Of a stretch of DNA of 64,000 bases, positions 1 through 15,000 are shown piece by piece. Within the stretch, counting starts at the first letter, position 1, and every line of letters begins with the position of its first letter. The position numbers were made by a program, and so were the translations under genes. The stretch spans positions 24,058,001 to 24,122,000 of the forward strand of contig CM059433.1 in assembly GCA_030390025.1 (NCBI GenBank). Direction: 5' to 3'. The DNA comes from Squalus acanthias (taxonomy: Eukaryota). Under the pieces are notes generated by a model. The model worked only from the letters and a program-made list of their open reading frames with translations, had not been told where the DNA came from and searched no databases.

Positions 1-3000
1 AAGCTTATCATTTTCGATATAGTTTATACTGTTGGATATAGTTTATACTGTTGGATATAGTTCATTCTGTTGGATATAGTTTATTCTGTTGGATATAGTT
101 TATACTGTTGGATATAGTTTATAATGTTGGATATAGTTTATACTGTTGGATATAGTTCATTCTGTTGGATATAGTTCATTCTGTTGGATATAGTTTATAC
201 TGTTGGATATAGTTTATTCTGTTGGATATAGTTTATTCTGTTGGATATAGTTTATTCTGTTGGAATAGGTTATACAATTGGAGATAGTTTATACTGTTGG
301 ATATAGTTTATTCTGTTGGATATAGTTTATTCTGTTGGATATAGTTTATTCTGTTGGATATAGTTTATACTGTTGGATATAGTTTATTCTGTTGGATATA
401 GTTTATTCTGTTGGATATAGTTTATAATGTTCGATATAGTTTATACTGTTGTACATAGTTCATACTATTCAATATAGGTTTATACTGTTGGATATAGTTT
501 ATAATGTTCAATATAGTTTATTCTGTTGGATATAGTTTATACTGTTGGATATACTTTCTACTGTTGGATTTGGTTTATCCTGTTGGATATAGTTTATACT
601 GTTGTATATAGTTTATACTGTTGGATATACTTTCTACTGTTGGATAAAGCTTATCATTTTGGAAATAGTTTATACTTTTGGACATAGTTTATACTGTTGG
701 ATATAGTTCATTCTGTTGGATATAATTTATACTGTTGGATATAGTTTATACTGTTGCATATAGTTTATACTGTTGGATATAATTTATACTGTTGGATATA
801 GTTTATACTGTTGGATATAGTTCATTCTGTTGGATATAGTTTGTTCTGTTGGATATAGTTTGTACTGTTGGATATAGTTTATAATGTTGGATATAGTTTA
901 TACTGTTGGATATAGTTCATTCTGTTGGATATAGTTCATTCTGTTGGATATAGTTTATTCTGTTGGATATAGTTTATACTGTTGCATATTGTTTATACTG
1001 ATGGATATAATTTATACTGTTGGATATAGTTTATACAGTTGTATATAGTTTATACTGTTGGATATAGTTTATTCTGTTGGATATAGTTTATACTTATGGA
1101 TGTACTTTCTACTGTTGGATAAAGCTTATCATTTTCGATATATTTTATACTGTTGGATATAGTTTATACTTTTGGATATAGTTTATACTGTTGGATATAG
1201 TTTATAATGTTGGATATAGTTTATAATGTTGGATATAGTTTGTTCTGTTGGATATAGTTTATAATGTTGGATATAGTCTGTTCTGTTGGATATAGTTTAT
1301 AATGTTGGATATAGTTTGTTCTGTTGGATAAATTTTATACTGTTGCATATGGTTTATACTGTTGGATATAGTTTATACTGTTGGATATAGTTTATACAGT
1401 TGGATACAGTTTATACTGTTGGATATAGTTTATACAGTTGTATATAGTTTATACTGTTGGATACAGTTTATACTGTTGGATGTAGTTTATTCTGTTGGAT
1501 ATAGTTTATACTTATGGATGTACTTTCTACTGTTGGATAAAGCTTATCATTTTCGATATAGTTTATACTGTTGGATATAGTTTGTACTGTTGGATATAGT
1601 TTGTTCTGTTGGATTTAGTTTATACTGTTGGATATAGTTTATAATGTTGGATATAGTTTGTTCTGTTGGATAAAGTTTATACTGTTGGATATAGTTTGTT
1701 CTGTTGGATATAGTTTATACTGTTGGATATAATTTATTCTGTTGGATATAGTTTATAATTATGGATATACTTTCTACTGTTGGATAAAGCTTATCATTTT
1801 CGATATAGTTTATACTGTTGGATATAGTTTATATTGTTGGATATAGTTTATTCTGTTGGATATAGTTTATACTGTTGGATATAGTTTATAATGTTGGATA
1901 TATTTTGTTCTGTTGGATATAGTTTATACTGTTGGATATAGTTTATACTGTTGGATATAGTTTGTTCTGTTGGATATAGTTTATACTGTTGGATATAGTT
2001 TATAATGTTGGATATAGTTTATACTGTTGGATATAGTTCATTCTGTTGGATATAGTTCATTCTGTTGGATATAGTTTATTCTGTTGGATATAGTTTATAC
2101 TGTTGCATATTGTTTATACTGTTGGATATAATTTATACTGTTGGATATAGTTTATACTGTTGGATACAGTTTATACTGTTGGATATAGTTTATTCTGTTG
2201 GATATAGTTTATACTTATGGATGTACTTTCTACAGTTGGATAAAGCTTATGATTTTCGATATAGTTTATACTGTTGGATATAGTTTATACTGTTGGATAG
2301 AGTTTGTTCTGTTGGCTATAATTTATACTGTTGGATATAGTTTATAATGTTGGATATAGTTTATACTGTTGGATATAGTTTATACTTTTGGATATAATTT
2401 GTTCTGTTGGATATAGTTTATACTGTTGGATATAGTTTATAATGTTGGATATAGTTTATATTGTTGGATATAGTTTATACTGTTGGATATAGTTTATATA
2501 GTTGTATATAGTTTATACTGTTGGATACAGTTTATACTGTTGGATATAGTTTATTCTGTTGGATATAGTTTATACTTATGGATGTACTTTCTACTGTTGG
2601 ATAAAGCTTATCATTTTCGATATAGTTTATACTGTTGGATATAGTTTATACTGTTGGATATAGTTTATACTGTTGGATATAGTTTATAATGTTGGATATA
2701 GTTTGTTCTGTTGGATATAGTTTATACTGTTGGATATAGTTTGTTCTGTTGGATAAATTTTATACTGTTGGATATAGTTTGTTCTGTTGGATATAGTTTA
2801 TACTGTTGGATATAGTTTGTTCTGTTGGATATAGTTTATACTGTTGGATATAATTTATTCTGTTGGATATAGTTTATAATTATGGATGTACTTTCTACTG
2901 TTGGATAAAGCTTATCATTTTCGATATAGTTTATACTGTTGGATATAGTTTATACTGTTGGATATAATTTATACTGTTGGATATAGTTTATAATGTTGGA

Positions 3001-6000
3001 TATAGTTTGTTCTGTTGGATATAGTTTATACTGTTGGATATAGTTTATACTGTTGGATATAGTTTGTTCTGTTGGATATAGTTTATACTGTTGGATATAG
3101 TTTATAATGTTGGATATAGTTTATACTGTAGGATATAGTTCATTCTGTTGGATATAGTTCATTCTGTTGGATATAGTTTATTCTGTTGGATATAGTTTAT
3201 ACTGTTGCATATTGTTTATACTGTTGGATATAATTTATACTGTTGGATATAGTTTATACAGTTGTATATAGTTTATACTGTTGGATACAGTTTATACTGT
3301 TGGATATAGTTTATTCTGTTGGATATAGTTTATACTTATGGATGTACTTTCTACTGTTGGATAAAGCTTATCATTTTCGATATAGTTTATACTGTTGGAT
3401 ATAGTTTATACTGTTGGATATAGTTTGTTCTGTTGGATATAGTTTATACTGTTGGATATAGTTTATAATGTTGGATATAGTTTGTTCTGTTGGATATAGT
3501 TTGTACTGTTGGATATAGTTTATACTTTTGGATATAATTTGTTCTGTTGGATATAGTTTATACTGTTGGATATAGTTTATAATGTTGGATATAGTTTATA
3601 CCGTTGGATATAGTTTATACTGTTGGATATAGTTTATACTGTTGGATATAGTTTATAATGTTGGATATAGTTTGTTCTGTTGGATATAGTTTATACTGTT
3701 GGATATAGTTTATACTGTTGGATATAGTTTGTTCTGTTGGATATAGTTTATACTGTTGGATATAGTTTGTTCTGTTGGATATAGTTTATAATGTTGGATA
3801 TAGTTTATAATGTTGGATATAATTTGTTCTGTTGGATATAGTTTATACTGTTGGATATAGTTTATACTGTTGGATATAGTTTGTTCTGTTGGATATAGTT
3901 TATACTGTTGGATATAGTTTATACAGTTGGATACAGTTTATACTGTTGGATATAGTTTATACAGTTGTATATAGTTTATACTGTTGGATACAGTTTATAC
4001 TGTTGGATGTAGTTTATTCTGTTGGATATAGTTTATACTGTTGGATATAGTTTATACTGTTGGATATAGTTTGTTCTGTTGGATATAGTTTATACTGTTG
4101 GATATAGTTTATAATGTTGGATATAGTTTATACTGTTGGATATAGTTCATTCTGTTGGATATAGTTCATTCTGTTGGATATAATTTATTCTGTTGGATAT
4201 AGTTTATACTGTTGCATATTGTTTATACTGTTGGATATAATTTATACTGTTGGATATAGTTTATACTGTTGGATACAGTTTATACTGTTGGATATAGTTT
4301 ATTCTGTTGGATATAGTTTATACTTATGGATGTACTTTCTACTGTTGGATAAAGCTTATCATTTTCGATATAGTTTATACTGTTGGATATAGTTTATACT
4401 GTTGGATATAGTTCATTCTGTTGGATATAGTTTATTCTGTTGGATATAGTTTATACTGTTGGATATAGTTTATAATGTTGGATATAGTTTATACTGTTGG
4501 ATATAGTTCATTCTGTTGGATATAGTTCATTCTGTTGGATATAGTTTATACTGTTGGATATAGTTTATTCTGTTGGATATAGTTTATTCTGTTGGATATA
4601 GTTTATTCTGTTGGAATAGGTTATACAATTGGAGATAGTTTATACTGTTGGATATAGTTTATTCTGTTGGATATAGTTTATTCTGTTGGATATAGTTTAT
4701 TCTGTTGGATATAGTTTATACTGTTGGATATAGTTTATTCTGTTGGATATAGTTTATTCTGTTGGATATAGTTTATAATGTTCGATATAGTTTATACTGT
4801 TGTACATAGTTCATACTATTCAATATAGGTTTATACTGTTGGATATAGTTTATAATGTTCAATATAGTTTATTCTGTTGGATATAGTTTATACTGTTGGA
4901 TATACTTTCTACTGTTGGATTTGGTTTATCCTGTTGGATATAGTTTATACTGTTGTATATAGTTTATACTGTTGGATATACTTTCTACTGTTGGATAAAG
5001 CTTATCATTTTGGAAATAGTTTATACTTTTGGACATAGTTTATACTGTTGGATATAGTTCATTCTGTTGGATATAATTTATACTGTTGGATATAGTTTAT
5101 ACTGTTGCATATAGTTTATACTGTTGGATATAATTTATACTGTTGGATATAGTTTATACTGTTGGATATAGTTCATTCTGTTGGATATAGTTTGTTCTGT
5201 TGGATATAGTTTGTACTGTTGGATATAGTTTATAATGTTGGATATAGTTTATACTGTTGGATATAGTTCATTCTGTTGGATATAGTTCATTCTGTTGGAT
5301 ATAGTTTATTCTGTTGGATATAGTTTATACTGTTGCATATTGTTTATACTGATGGATATAATTTATACTGTTGGATATAGTTTATACAGTTGTATATAGT
5401 TTATACTGTTGGATATAGTTTATTCTGTTGGATATAGTTTATACTTATGGATGTACTTTCTACTGTTGGATAAAGCTTATCATTTTCGATATATTTTATA
5501 CTGTTGGATATAGTTTATACTTTTGGATATAGTTTATACTGTTGGATATAGTTTATAATGTTGGATATAGTTTATAATGTTGGATATAGTTTGTTCTGTT
5601 GGATATAGTTTATAATGTTGGATATAGTCTGTTCTGTTGGATATAGTTTATAATGTTGGATATAGTTTGTTCTGTTGGATAAATTTTATACTGTTGCATA
5701 TGGTTTATACTGTTGGATATAGTTTATACTGTTGGATATAGTTTATACAGTTGGATACAGTTTATACTGTTGGATATAGTTTATACAGTTGTATATAGTT
5801 TATACTGTTGGATACAGTTTATACTGTTGGATGTAGTTTATTCTGTTGGATATAGTTTATACTTATGGATGTACTTTCTACTGTTGGATAAAGCTTATCA
5901 TTTTCGATATAGTTTATACTGTTGGATATAGTTTGTACTGTTGGATATAGTTTGTTCTGTTGGATTTAGTTTATACTGTTGGATATAGTTTATAATGTTG

Positions 6001-9000
6001 GATATAGTTTGTTCTGTTGGATAAAGTTTATACTGTTGGATATAGTTTGTTCTGTTGGATATAGTTTATACTGTTGGATATAATTTATTCTGTTGGATAT
6101 AGTTTATAATTATGGATATACTTTCTACTGTTGGATAAAGCTTATCATTTTCGATATAGTTTATACTGTTGGATATAGTTTATATTGTTGGATATAGTTT
6201 ATTCTGTTGGATATAGTTTATACTGTTGGATATAGTTTATAATGTTGGATATATTTTGTTCTGTTGGATATAGTTTATACTGTTGGATATAGTTTATACT
6301 GTTGGATATAGTTTGTTCTGTTGGATATAGTTTATACTGTTGGATATAGTTTATAATGTTGGATATAGTTTATACTGTTGGATATAGTTCATTCTGTTGG
6401 ATATAGTTCATTCTGTTGGATATAGTTTATTCTGTTGGATATAGTTTATACTGTTGCATATTGTTTATACTGTTGGATATAATTTATACTGTTGGATATA
6501 GTTTATACTGTTGGATACAGTTTATACTGTTGGATATAGTTTATTCTGTTGGATATAGTTTATACTTATGGATGTACTTTCTACAGTTGGATAAAGCTTA
6601 TGATTTTCGATATAGTTTATACTGTTGGATATAGTTTATACTGTTGGATAGAGTTTGTTCTGTTGGCTATAATTTATACTGTTGGATATAGTTTATAATG
6701 TTGGATATAGTTTATACTGTTGGATATAGTTTATACTTTTGGATATAATTTGTTCTGTTGGATATAGTTTATACTGTTGGATATAGTTTATAATGTTGGA
6801 TATAGTTTATATTGTTGGATATAGTTTATACTGTTGGATATAGTTTATATAGTTGTATATAGTTTATACTGTTGGATACAGTTTATACTGTTGGATATAG
6901 TTTATTCTGTTGGATATAGTTTATACTTATGGATGTACTTTCTACTGTTGGATAAAGCTTATCATTTTCGATATAGTTTATACTGTTGGATATAGTTTAT
7001 ACTGTTGGATATAGTTTATACTGTTGGATATAGTTTATAATGTTGGATATAGTTTGTTCTGTTGGATATAGTTTATACTGTTGGATATAGTTTGTTCTGT
7101 TGGATAAATTTTATACTGTTGGATATAGTTTGTTCTGTTGGATATAGTTTATACTGTTGGATATAGTTTGTTCTGTTGGATATAGTTTATACTGTTGGAT
7201 ATAATTTATTCTGTTGGATATAGTTTATAATTATGGATGTACTTTCTACTGTTGGATAAAGCTTATCATTTTCGATATAGTTTATACTGTTGGATATAGT
7301 TTATACTGTTGGATATAATTTATACTGTTGGATATAGTTTATAATGTTGGATATAGTTTGTTCTGTTGGATATAGTTTATACTGTTGGATATAGTTTATA
7401 CTGTTGGATATAGTTTGTTCTGTTGGATATAGTTTATACTGTTGGATATAGTTTATAATGTTGGATATAGTTTATACTGTAGGATATAGTTCATTCTGTT
7501 GGATATAGTTCATTCTGTTGGATATAGTTTATTCTGTTGGATATAGTTTATACTGTTGCATATTGTTTATACTGTTGGATATAATTTATACTGTTGGATA
7601 TAGTTTATACAGTTGTATATAGTTTATACTGTTGGATACAGTTTATACTGTTGGATATAGTTTATTCTGTTGGATATAGTTTATACTTATGGATGTACTT
7701 TCTACTGTTGGATAAAGCTTATCATTTTCGATATAGTTTATACTGTTGGATATAGTTTATACTGTTGGATATAGTTTGTTCGGTTGGATATAGTTTATAC
7801 TGTTGGATATAGTTTATAATGTTGGATATAGTTTGTTCTGTTTGATATAGTTTGTACTGTTGGATATAGTTTATACTTTTGGATATAATTTGTTCTGTTG
7901 GATATAGTTTATACTGTTGGATATAGTTTATAATGTTGGATATAGTTTATACCGTTGGATATAGTTTATACTGTTGGATATAGTTTATACTGTTGGATAT
8001 AGTTTATAATGTTGGATATAGTTTGTTCTGTTGGATATAGTTTATACTGTTGGATATAGTTTATACTGTTGGATATAGTTTGTTCTGTTGGATATAGTTT
8101 ATACTGTTGGATATAGTTTGTTCTGTTGGATATAGTTTATAATGTTGGATATAGTTTATAATGTTGGATATAATTTGTTCTGTTGGATATAGTTTATACT
8201 GTTGGATATAGTTTATACTGTTGGATATAGTTTGTTCTGTTGGATATAGTTTATACTGTGGGATATAGTTTATAATGTTGGATATAGTTTATACTGTTGG
8301 ATATAGTTTGTTCTGTTGGATATAGTTTATACTGTTGGATATAGTTTATACTGTTGGATATAGTTTATACTGTTGGATATAGTTTATACTGTTGGATATA
8401 GTTTATAATGTTGGATATAGTTTGTTCTGTTGGATATAGTTTATACTGTTGGATATAGTTTATACCGTTGGATATAGTTTATACTGTTGGATATAGTTTA
8501 TACTGTTGGATATAGTTTATAATGTTGGATATAGTTTGTTCTGTTGGATATAGTTTATACTGTTGGATATAGTTTATACTGTTGGATATAGTTTATACTG
8601 TTGGATATAGTTTATAATGTTGGATATAGTTTATACTGTTGGATATAGTTTATAATGTTGGATATAGTTTATACTGTTGGATATAGTTTGTTCTGTTGGA
8701 TATAGTTTATACTGTTGGATATAGTTTATAATGTTGGATATAGTTTATACTGTTGGATATAGTTTATAATGTTGGATATAGTTTATACTGTTGGATATAG
8801 TTTATACTGTTGGATATAGTTTATAATGTTGAATATAGTTTATACTGTTGGATATAGGTTATACTGATGGATATAGTTTATAATGTTGGATATAGATTTT
8901 TACTGATGGAAATAGTTTCTATTGTTGGATATAGTTTATACAGTTGGAATAGCTTATAATGTTGGATATAGTTTATGCTGTTGAATATAATTTATACTGT

Positions 9001-9442
9001 TGCATATTGTTTATACTGTTGGATATAATTTATACTGTTGGATATAGTTTATACAGTTGTATATAGTTTATACTGTTGGATACAGCTTATACTGTTGGAT
9101 ATAGTTTATTCTGTTGGATATAGTTTATACTTATGGATGTACTTTCTACTGTTGGATAAAGCTTATCATTTTCGATATAGTTTATACTGTTGGATATAGT
9201 TTATACTGTTGGATATAGTTTATACTGTTGGATATAGTTTATAATGTTGGATATAGTTTGTTCTGTTGGATATAGTTTATAGTGTTGGATATAGTTTGTT
9301 CTGTTGGATAAATTTTATACTGTTGCATATTGTTTATACTGTTGGATATAGTTTATACTGTTGGATATAGTTTATACAGTTGTATATAGTTTATACTGTT
9401 GGATACAGTTTATACTGTTGGATATAGTTTATTCTGTTGGAT

Positions 9443-12060
9443 ATACATAGATACATAGATACATAGAAGATTGGAGCAGGAGTAGGCCATCCGGCCCTTC
9501 GAGCCTGCTCCGCCATTTAATGAGATCATGGCTGATCCTCCAATTCAGTATCCCGTCCCCGCCTTCTCTCCGTAACCCTTAACCCCTTTTGCCTGTAGAA
9601 ATATATCTAATTCCCTCTTAAATATATTTAATGAGCTGGCGTACACTGCCCTCTGTGGCAATGAGTTCGACAGGTTCACCACCCTCTGAGTGAAAAAATT
9701 CCCCCTCATTTCTGTCCTAAATGGTTTAGCCCTTATCCTTAAATTATGTCCTCTAGTTCTGTTCTCACCCGCCAAGGGAAACATTCCTTCTGCATCTAGT
9801 CTGTCTAGACCTGTCAGAATTTTATACACTTCTATGAGGTCCCCTCTCAATCTTCTAAACTCCAGTGTGTACATCCCTAAACTACATAGTCTCTCCTCAT
9901 AGGTCAATCCTGCCATTCCTGGTATCAGCCTGGTGAATCGCCGCTGCACCCCCTCCATGGCAAGAACATCTTTCCTCAGATGAGACGACCAAAACTGTAC
10001 ACAGTACTCGAGGTGTGGTCTCACCAGTGCCCTGTACAGCTGCAGCAAGGTATCCCTGTTCCTGTATTCCAACCCTTTTGCTATGAAGGCCAGCATACCG
10101 TTTGCCTTCTTGACCGCCTGTTGCACCTGCATGCTCGCCTTCAGTGACTGGTGTACAAGAACACCCAGGTCTCTCTGTACTTCCCCCTCTCCCAATTTAT
10201 TGCCATTTAAATAATAATTTGCCCTCCCGTTCCTGCACCCAAGGTGGATAACTTCGCACTTGTCCACATTATAGTGCATCTGCCATTTATCCGCCCAATC
10301 ACCCAGTCTGTCCAAATCGCTCTGGAGCTTCCTGGTCTCCTCCTCTGAGCCCACCCCCCCTCCTAGTTTAGTGTCGTCTGCAAATTTGGAAATGCTGCAT
10401 CCGACTCCCTGATCCAGGTCATTAATGTAAATTGTGAACAGCTGGGGACCCAGGACAGATCCCTGTGGTACCCCACTTGTTACTGCCTGCCATTCAGAAA
10501 ATGAGCCGTTTATTCCAACTCTCTGTTTTCTATCTGACAGCCAGTTCTCTATCCACGTCAATACTTTCCCCTTTATCCCATGAGCTTCAATTTTCCATGC
10601 TAATCTTTTATGTGGGACCTTGTCGAAGGCCTTTTGGAAGTCCAGGTACACCACATCTACTGGCTCTCCCCCATCTATTTTACCAGTTACTCCCCCAAAA
10701 AATTCCAATAGATTAGTCAAGCACGATTTACCCTTTGTAAATCCATGTTGACTCTGTCCTATCCTGTCCCCATTTGCTAAGTGCTCCGCTATTTCATCCT
10801 TAATGATGGACTCCAGCATTTTGCCCACAACTGATGTAAGGCTTACAGGTCTGTAATTACCTGCTTTTTCCCTACCCCCCTTTTTGAATAGTGGGGTAAC
10901 GTTAGCTACCCTCCAATCCATGGGCACTGTTCCCGAGTCTAATGAATTCTGAAAAATCATACTTAGTGCATCCGCTATCTCTAGGGCCACCTCCTTCAGT
11001 ACCCTAGGATGCATGTTATCAGGCCCTGGGGATTTGTCCGCCTTCAATCCCTTTAGCTTCCTTAACACCATATCCTTAGAGATATTGATTTGCGTCAGTT
11101 CCTCCTTTGCCAATGTCCCTATTTTTCCCGATATCCCAGGGAGGTTTTTTGTGTCTTCCTTCGTAAAGACTGACCCAAAGTATGCATTTAGTTGGTCTGC
11201 CATTTCCTTATTTCCCGTTATATATTCCCCCGTATCTGACTGCAATGGACCAACTTTGGTTTTCACCAGTCTTTTCCTCTTGATATACTTATAAAAGCTT
11301 TTGGAGTTAGTTTTTATATTTTCCGCCCGCTTGCTTTCGTAAGCTATTTTGCCCCTCTTGATTAAGCCCTTTGTCCTCCTTTGCTCTATCTTAAACTGTT
11401 CCCAATCTTCTGCTCTGGTGCTTTTTTTGGCTATTTTATACGCCCTATCTTTGGATTTTATGCTATCTCTAATTTCCCCTGTTATCCACGGTTGAGTCAC
11501 CTTTTTAGATTTCCTTTTATGCCAGATTGGTATAAACAATTTTTGCAATTTTGTCATTCTATCTTTAAATGCTTGCCATTGTTTATCTACCTCCAGTCCT
11601 CCCAGGAACGTTGTCCAATCAGACCTACTCAGTTCCCGTCTAATGGCATCATAATTCCCCTTGTTTAAATTCAGGACCTTAGTCTCTGAGTCAATTTCTT
11701 CGCTCTCCATTTCGAGTGAGAAATCGATCATGTTATGATCGCTCTGACCCAAGGGTCCCCGTACAACAAGATTAGGCTAGTCCAATCTATATGTAAGTTA
11801 AAGTCACCTATGATGACAGCTGTGCTCTTATTGCACGCTTCTCTAATTTCCCTCGTGATGCCCTCCCCAACCTCTATTTTACTATTTGGAGGCCTATATA
11901 CCACTCCTATTAGTGTTTTTCGCCCCTCGCTATTTCTTAGCTCCACCCATATAGATTCTGTATTAACTGAGTTAATATCCTTCCTTTCAATTGCATTTAT
12001 CCCCTCTTTTACCAGCAATGCTACCCCTCCTCCCTTTCTTTTTTGTCGATCCTTCCTAAA
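9443..12060 (-). mobile_element. CR1-clade LINE copy 1, 5'-truncated within the endonuclease domain
   Basis: (ATACATAG)x3 tail at 9443-9466; CR1 3'UTR stem-loop; ORF2 motifs [36 protein letters not shown]; satellite resumes at 12061. Confidence 0.97.
9545..11752 (-). CDS. CR1 ORF2 linker, reverse transcriptase and C-terminus (735 aa open frame); upstream EN domain broken
   Basis: Uninterrupted ORF with RT motifs through to the natural stop. EN remnant (VELRN..IGVVYRPP..GDFN) lies in another frame at 11728-12060. Confidence 0.85.
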   Translation of the reverse strand: MGQSDHNMIDFSLEMESEEIDSETKVLNLNKGNYDAIRRELSRSDWTTFLGGLEVDKQWQAFKDRMTKLQKLFIPIWHKRKSKKVTQPWITGEIRDSIKSKDRAYKIAKKSTRAEDWEQFKIEQRRTKGLIKRGKIAYESKRAENIKTNSKSFYKYIKRKRLVKTKVGPLQSDTGEYITGNKEMADQLNAYFGSVFTKEDTKNLPGISGKIGTLAKEELTQINISKDMVLRKLKGLKADKSPGPDNMHPRVLKEVALEIADALSMIFQNSLDSGTVPMDWRVANVTPLFKKGGREKAGNYRPVSLTSVVGKMLESIIKDEIAEHLANGDRIGQSQHGFTKGKSCLTNLLEFFGGVTGKIDGGEPVDVVYLDFQKAFDKVPHKRLAWKIEAHGIKGKVLTWIENWLSDRKQRVGINGSFSEWQAVTSGVPQGSVLGPQLFTIYINDLDQGVGCSISKFADDTKLGGGVGSEEETRKLQSDLDRLGDWADKWQMHYNVDKCEVIHLGCRNGRANYYLNGNKLGEGEVQRDLGVLVHQSLKASMQVQQAVKKANGMLAFIAKGLEYRNRDTLLQLYRALVRPHLEYCVQFWSSHLRKDVLAMEGVQRRFTRLIPGMAGLTYEERLCSLGMYTLEFRRLRGDLIEVYKILTGLDRLDAEGMFPLAGENRTRGHNLRIRAKPFRTEMRGNFFTQRVVNLSNSLPQRAVYASSLNIFKRELDIFLQAKGVKGYGEKAGTGY

Positions 12061-15000
12061 TACTTATGGATGTACTTTCTACTGTTGGATAAAGCTTATC
12101 ATTTTCGATATAGTTTATACTGTTGGATATAGTTTATACTGTTGGATATAGTTTGTTCTGTTGGATATAGTTTCTACTGTTGGATATAGTTTGTTCTGTT
12201 GGATATAGTTTATACTGTTGGATATAGTTTATAATGTTGGATATAGTTTATCTGTTGGATATAGATTATCCTGTTGGATATAGTTTATTCTGTTGGATAT
12301 AGTTTATTCTGTTGGGTATATTTTATAATGTTGGATATAATTTATTCTGTTGGATATATTTTATAATGGTGGATATAATTTGTTCTGTTGGATATAGTTT
12401 ATATTGTTGGAAATATTTCATTCTGTTGGATATAGTTCATACTGCTGGATATATTTTATTCTTTTAGGTATAGTGTATACTGTTGGATATAGTTTATACT
12501 GTTGAATATAGTTTATACTGTTGGATATACTTTCTACTGTTGGATAAAGCTTATAATTTTGGAAATAGTTTATACTTTTGGATAAAGTTTAAACTGTTGG
12601 ATATAGTTTATTCTGTTGGATATATTTTATACTGTTGGATATAGTTTTTACTGTTGTATATAGTTTATACATGTTGTATTCAGTTCATACTGTTAGATAT
12701 AGTTTATTCTGTTGGATATAGTTTATACTGTTGGATATAGTTTATAATGTTGGATATAGTTTATACTGTTGGATATAGTTCATTCTGTTGGATATAGTTC
12801 ATTCTGCTGGATATAGTTTATTCTGTTGGATATAGTTTATACTGTTGCATATTGTTTATACTGTTGGATATAATTTATACTGTTGGATATAGTTTATACA
12901 GTTGTATATAGTTTATACTGTTGGATACAGTTTATACTGTTGGATATAGTTTATTCTGTTGGATATAGTTTATACTTATGGATGTACTTTCTACTGTTGG
13001 ATAAAGCTTATCATTTTCGATATAGTTTATACTGTTGGATATAGTTTATACTGTTGGATATAGTTTGTTCTGTTGGATATAGTTTATACTGTTGGATATA
13101 GTTTATAATGTTGGATATAGTTTGTTCTGTTGGATATAGTTTATACTGTTGGATATAGTTTATACTTTTGGATATAATTTGTTCTGTTGGATATAGTTTA
13201 TACTGTTGGATATAGTTTATATTGTTGGATATATTTCATTCTGTTGGATATAGTTCATACTGCTGGATATATTTTATTCTTTTAGGTATAGTGTATACTG
13301 TTGGATATAGTTTATACTGTTGAATATAGTTTATACTGTTGGATATACTTTCTACTGTTGGATAAAGCTTATAATTTTGGATATAGTTTATACTGTTGGA
13401 TATAGTTTATAATGTTGGATATACTTTGTTCTGTTGGATATAGTTTATACTGTTGGATATAGTTTATACTGTTGGATATAGTTTGTTCTGTTGGATATAG
13501 TTTATAATGTTGGATATAGTTTATAATGTTGGATATAATTTATACTGTTGGATATAGTTTATACTGTTGGATATAGTTTGTTCTGTTGGATATAGTTTAT
13601 ACTGTTGGATATAGTTTATAATGTTGGATATAGTTTATACTGTTGCATATAGTTTATACTGTTGGATATAATTTGTTCTGTTGGATATAGTTTATACTGT
13701 TGCATATAGTTTATACTGTTGGATATAGTTTGTTCTGTTGGATATAGTTTATACTGTTGGATATAGTTTATACTGTTGGATATAGTTTATACTGTTGGAT
13801 ATAGTTTGTTCTGTTGGATATAGTTTATACTGTTGGATATAGTTTATAATGTTGGATATAGTTTATACTGTTGCATATAGTTTATACTGTTGGATATAGT
13901 TTGTTCTGTTGGATATAGTTTATACTGTTGGATATAGTTTATAATGTTGGATATAGTTTATACTGTTGGATATAGTTTATACTGTTGCATATAGTTTATA
14001 CTGTTGGATATAGTTTGTTCTGTTGGATTTAGTTTATACTGTTGGATATAGTTTATAATGTTGGATAAAGTTTATACTGTTGGATATAGTTTATACTGTT
14101 GGATATAGTTTATACTGTTGGATATAGTTTATAATGTTGGATATAGTTTGTTCTGTTGGATATAGTTTATACTGTTGGATATAGTTTATACTGTTGGATA
14201 TAGTTTGTTCTGTTGGATATAGTTTATACTGTTGGATATAGTTTATAATGTTGGATATAGTTTATACTGTTGGATATAGTTTATACTGTTGGATATAGTT
14301 TATACTGTTGGATATAGTTTATACTGTTGGATATAGTTTATAATGTTGGATATAGTTTATACTGTTGCATATAGTTTATACTGTTGGATATAGTTTGTTC
14401 TGTTGGATTTAGTTTATACTGTTGGATATAGTTTATAATGTTGGATAAAGTTTATACTGTTGGATATAGTTTATACTGTTGGATATAGTTTATACTGTTG
14501 GATATAGTTTGTTCTGTTGGATATAGTTTATACTGTTGGATATAGTTTATAATGTTGGATATAGTTTATACTGTTGCATATAGTTTATACTGTTGGATAT
14601 AGTTTGTTCTGTTGGATATAGTTTATACTGTTGGATATAGTTTATAATGTTGGATATAGTTTATAATGTTGGATATAGTTTATACTGTTGGATATAGTTT
14701 ATACTGTTGGATATAGTTTATACTGTTGGATATAGTTTATACTGTTCGATATAGTTTATACTGTTGGATATAGTTTATTCTGTTGGATATAGTTTATTCT
14801 GTTGGATATAGTTTATTCTGTTGGAATAGGTTATACAATTGGAGATAGTTTATACTGTTGGATATAGTTTATTCTGTTGGATGTAGTTTATTCTGTTGGA
14901 TATAGTTTATTCTGTTGGATATAGTTTATACTGTTGGATATAGTTTATTCTGTTGGATATAGTTTATTCTGTTGGATATAGTTTATAATGTTCGATATAG

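Noticed and set aside
9690..12151. Plus-strand ORFs over the CR1s (also 19786-22249)
   Set aside because: Antisense shadows of ORF2.
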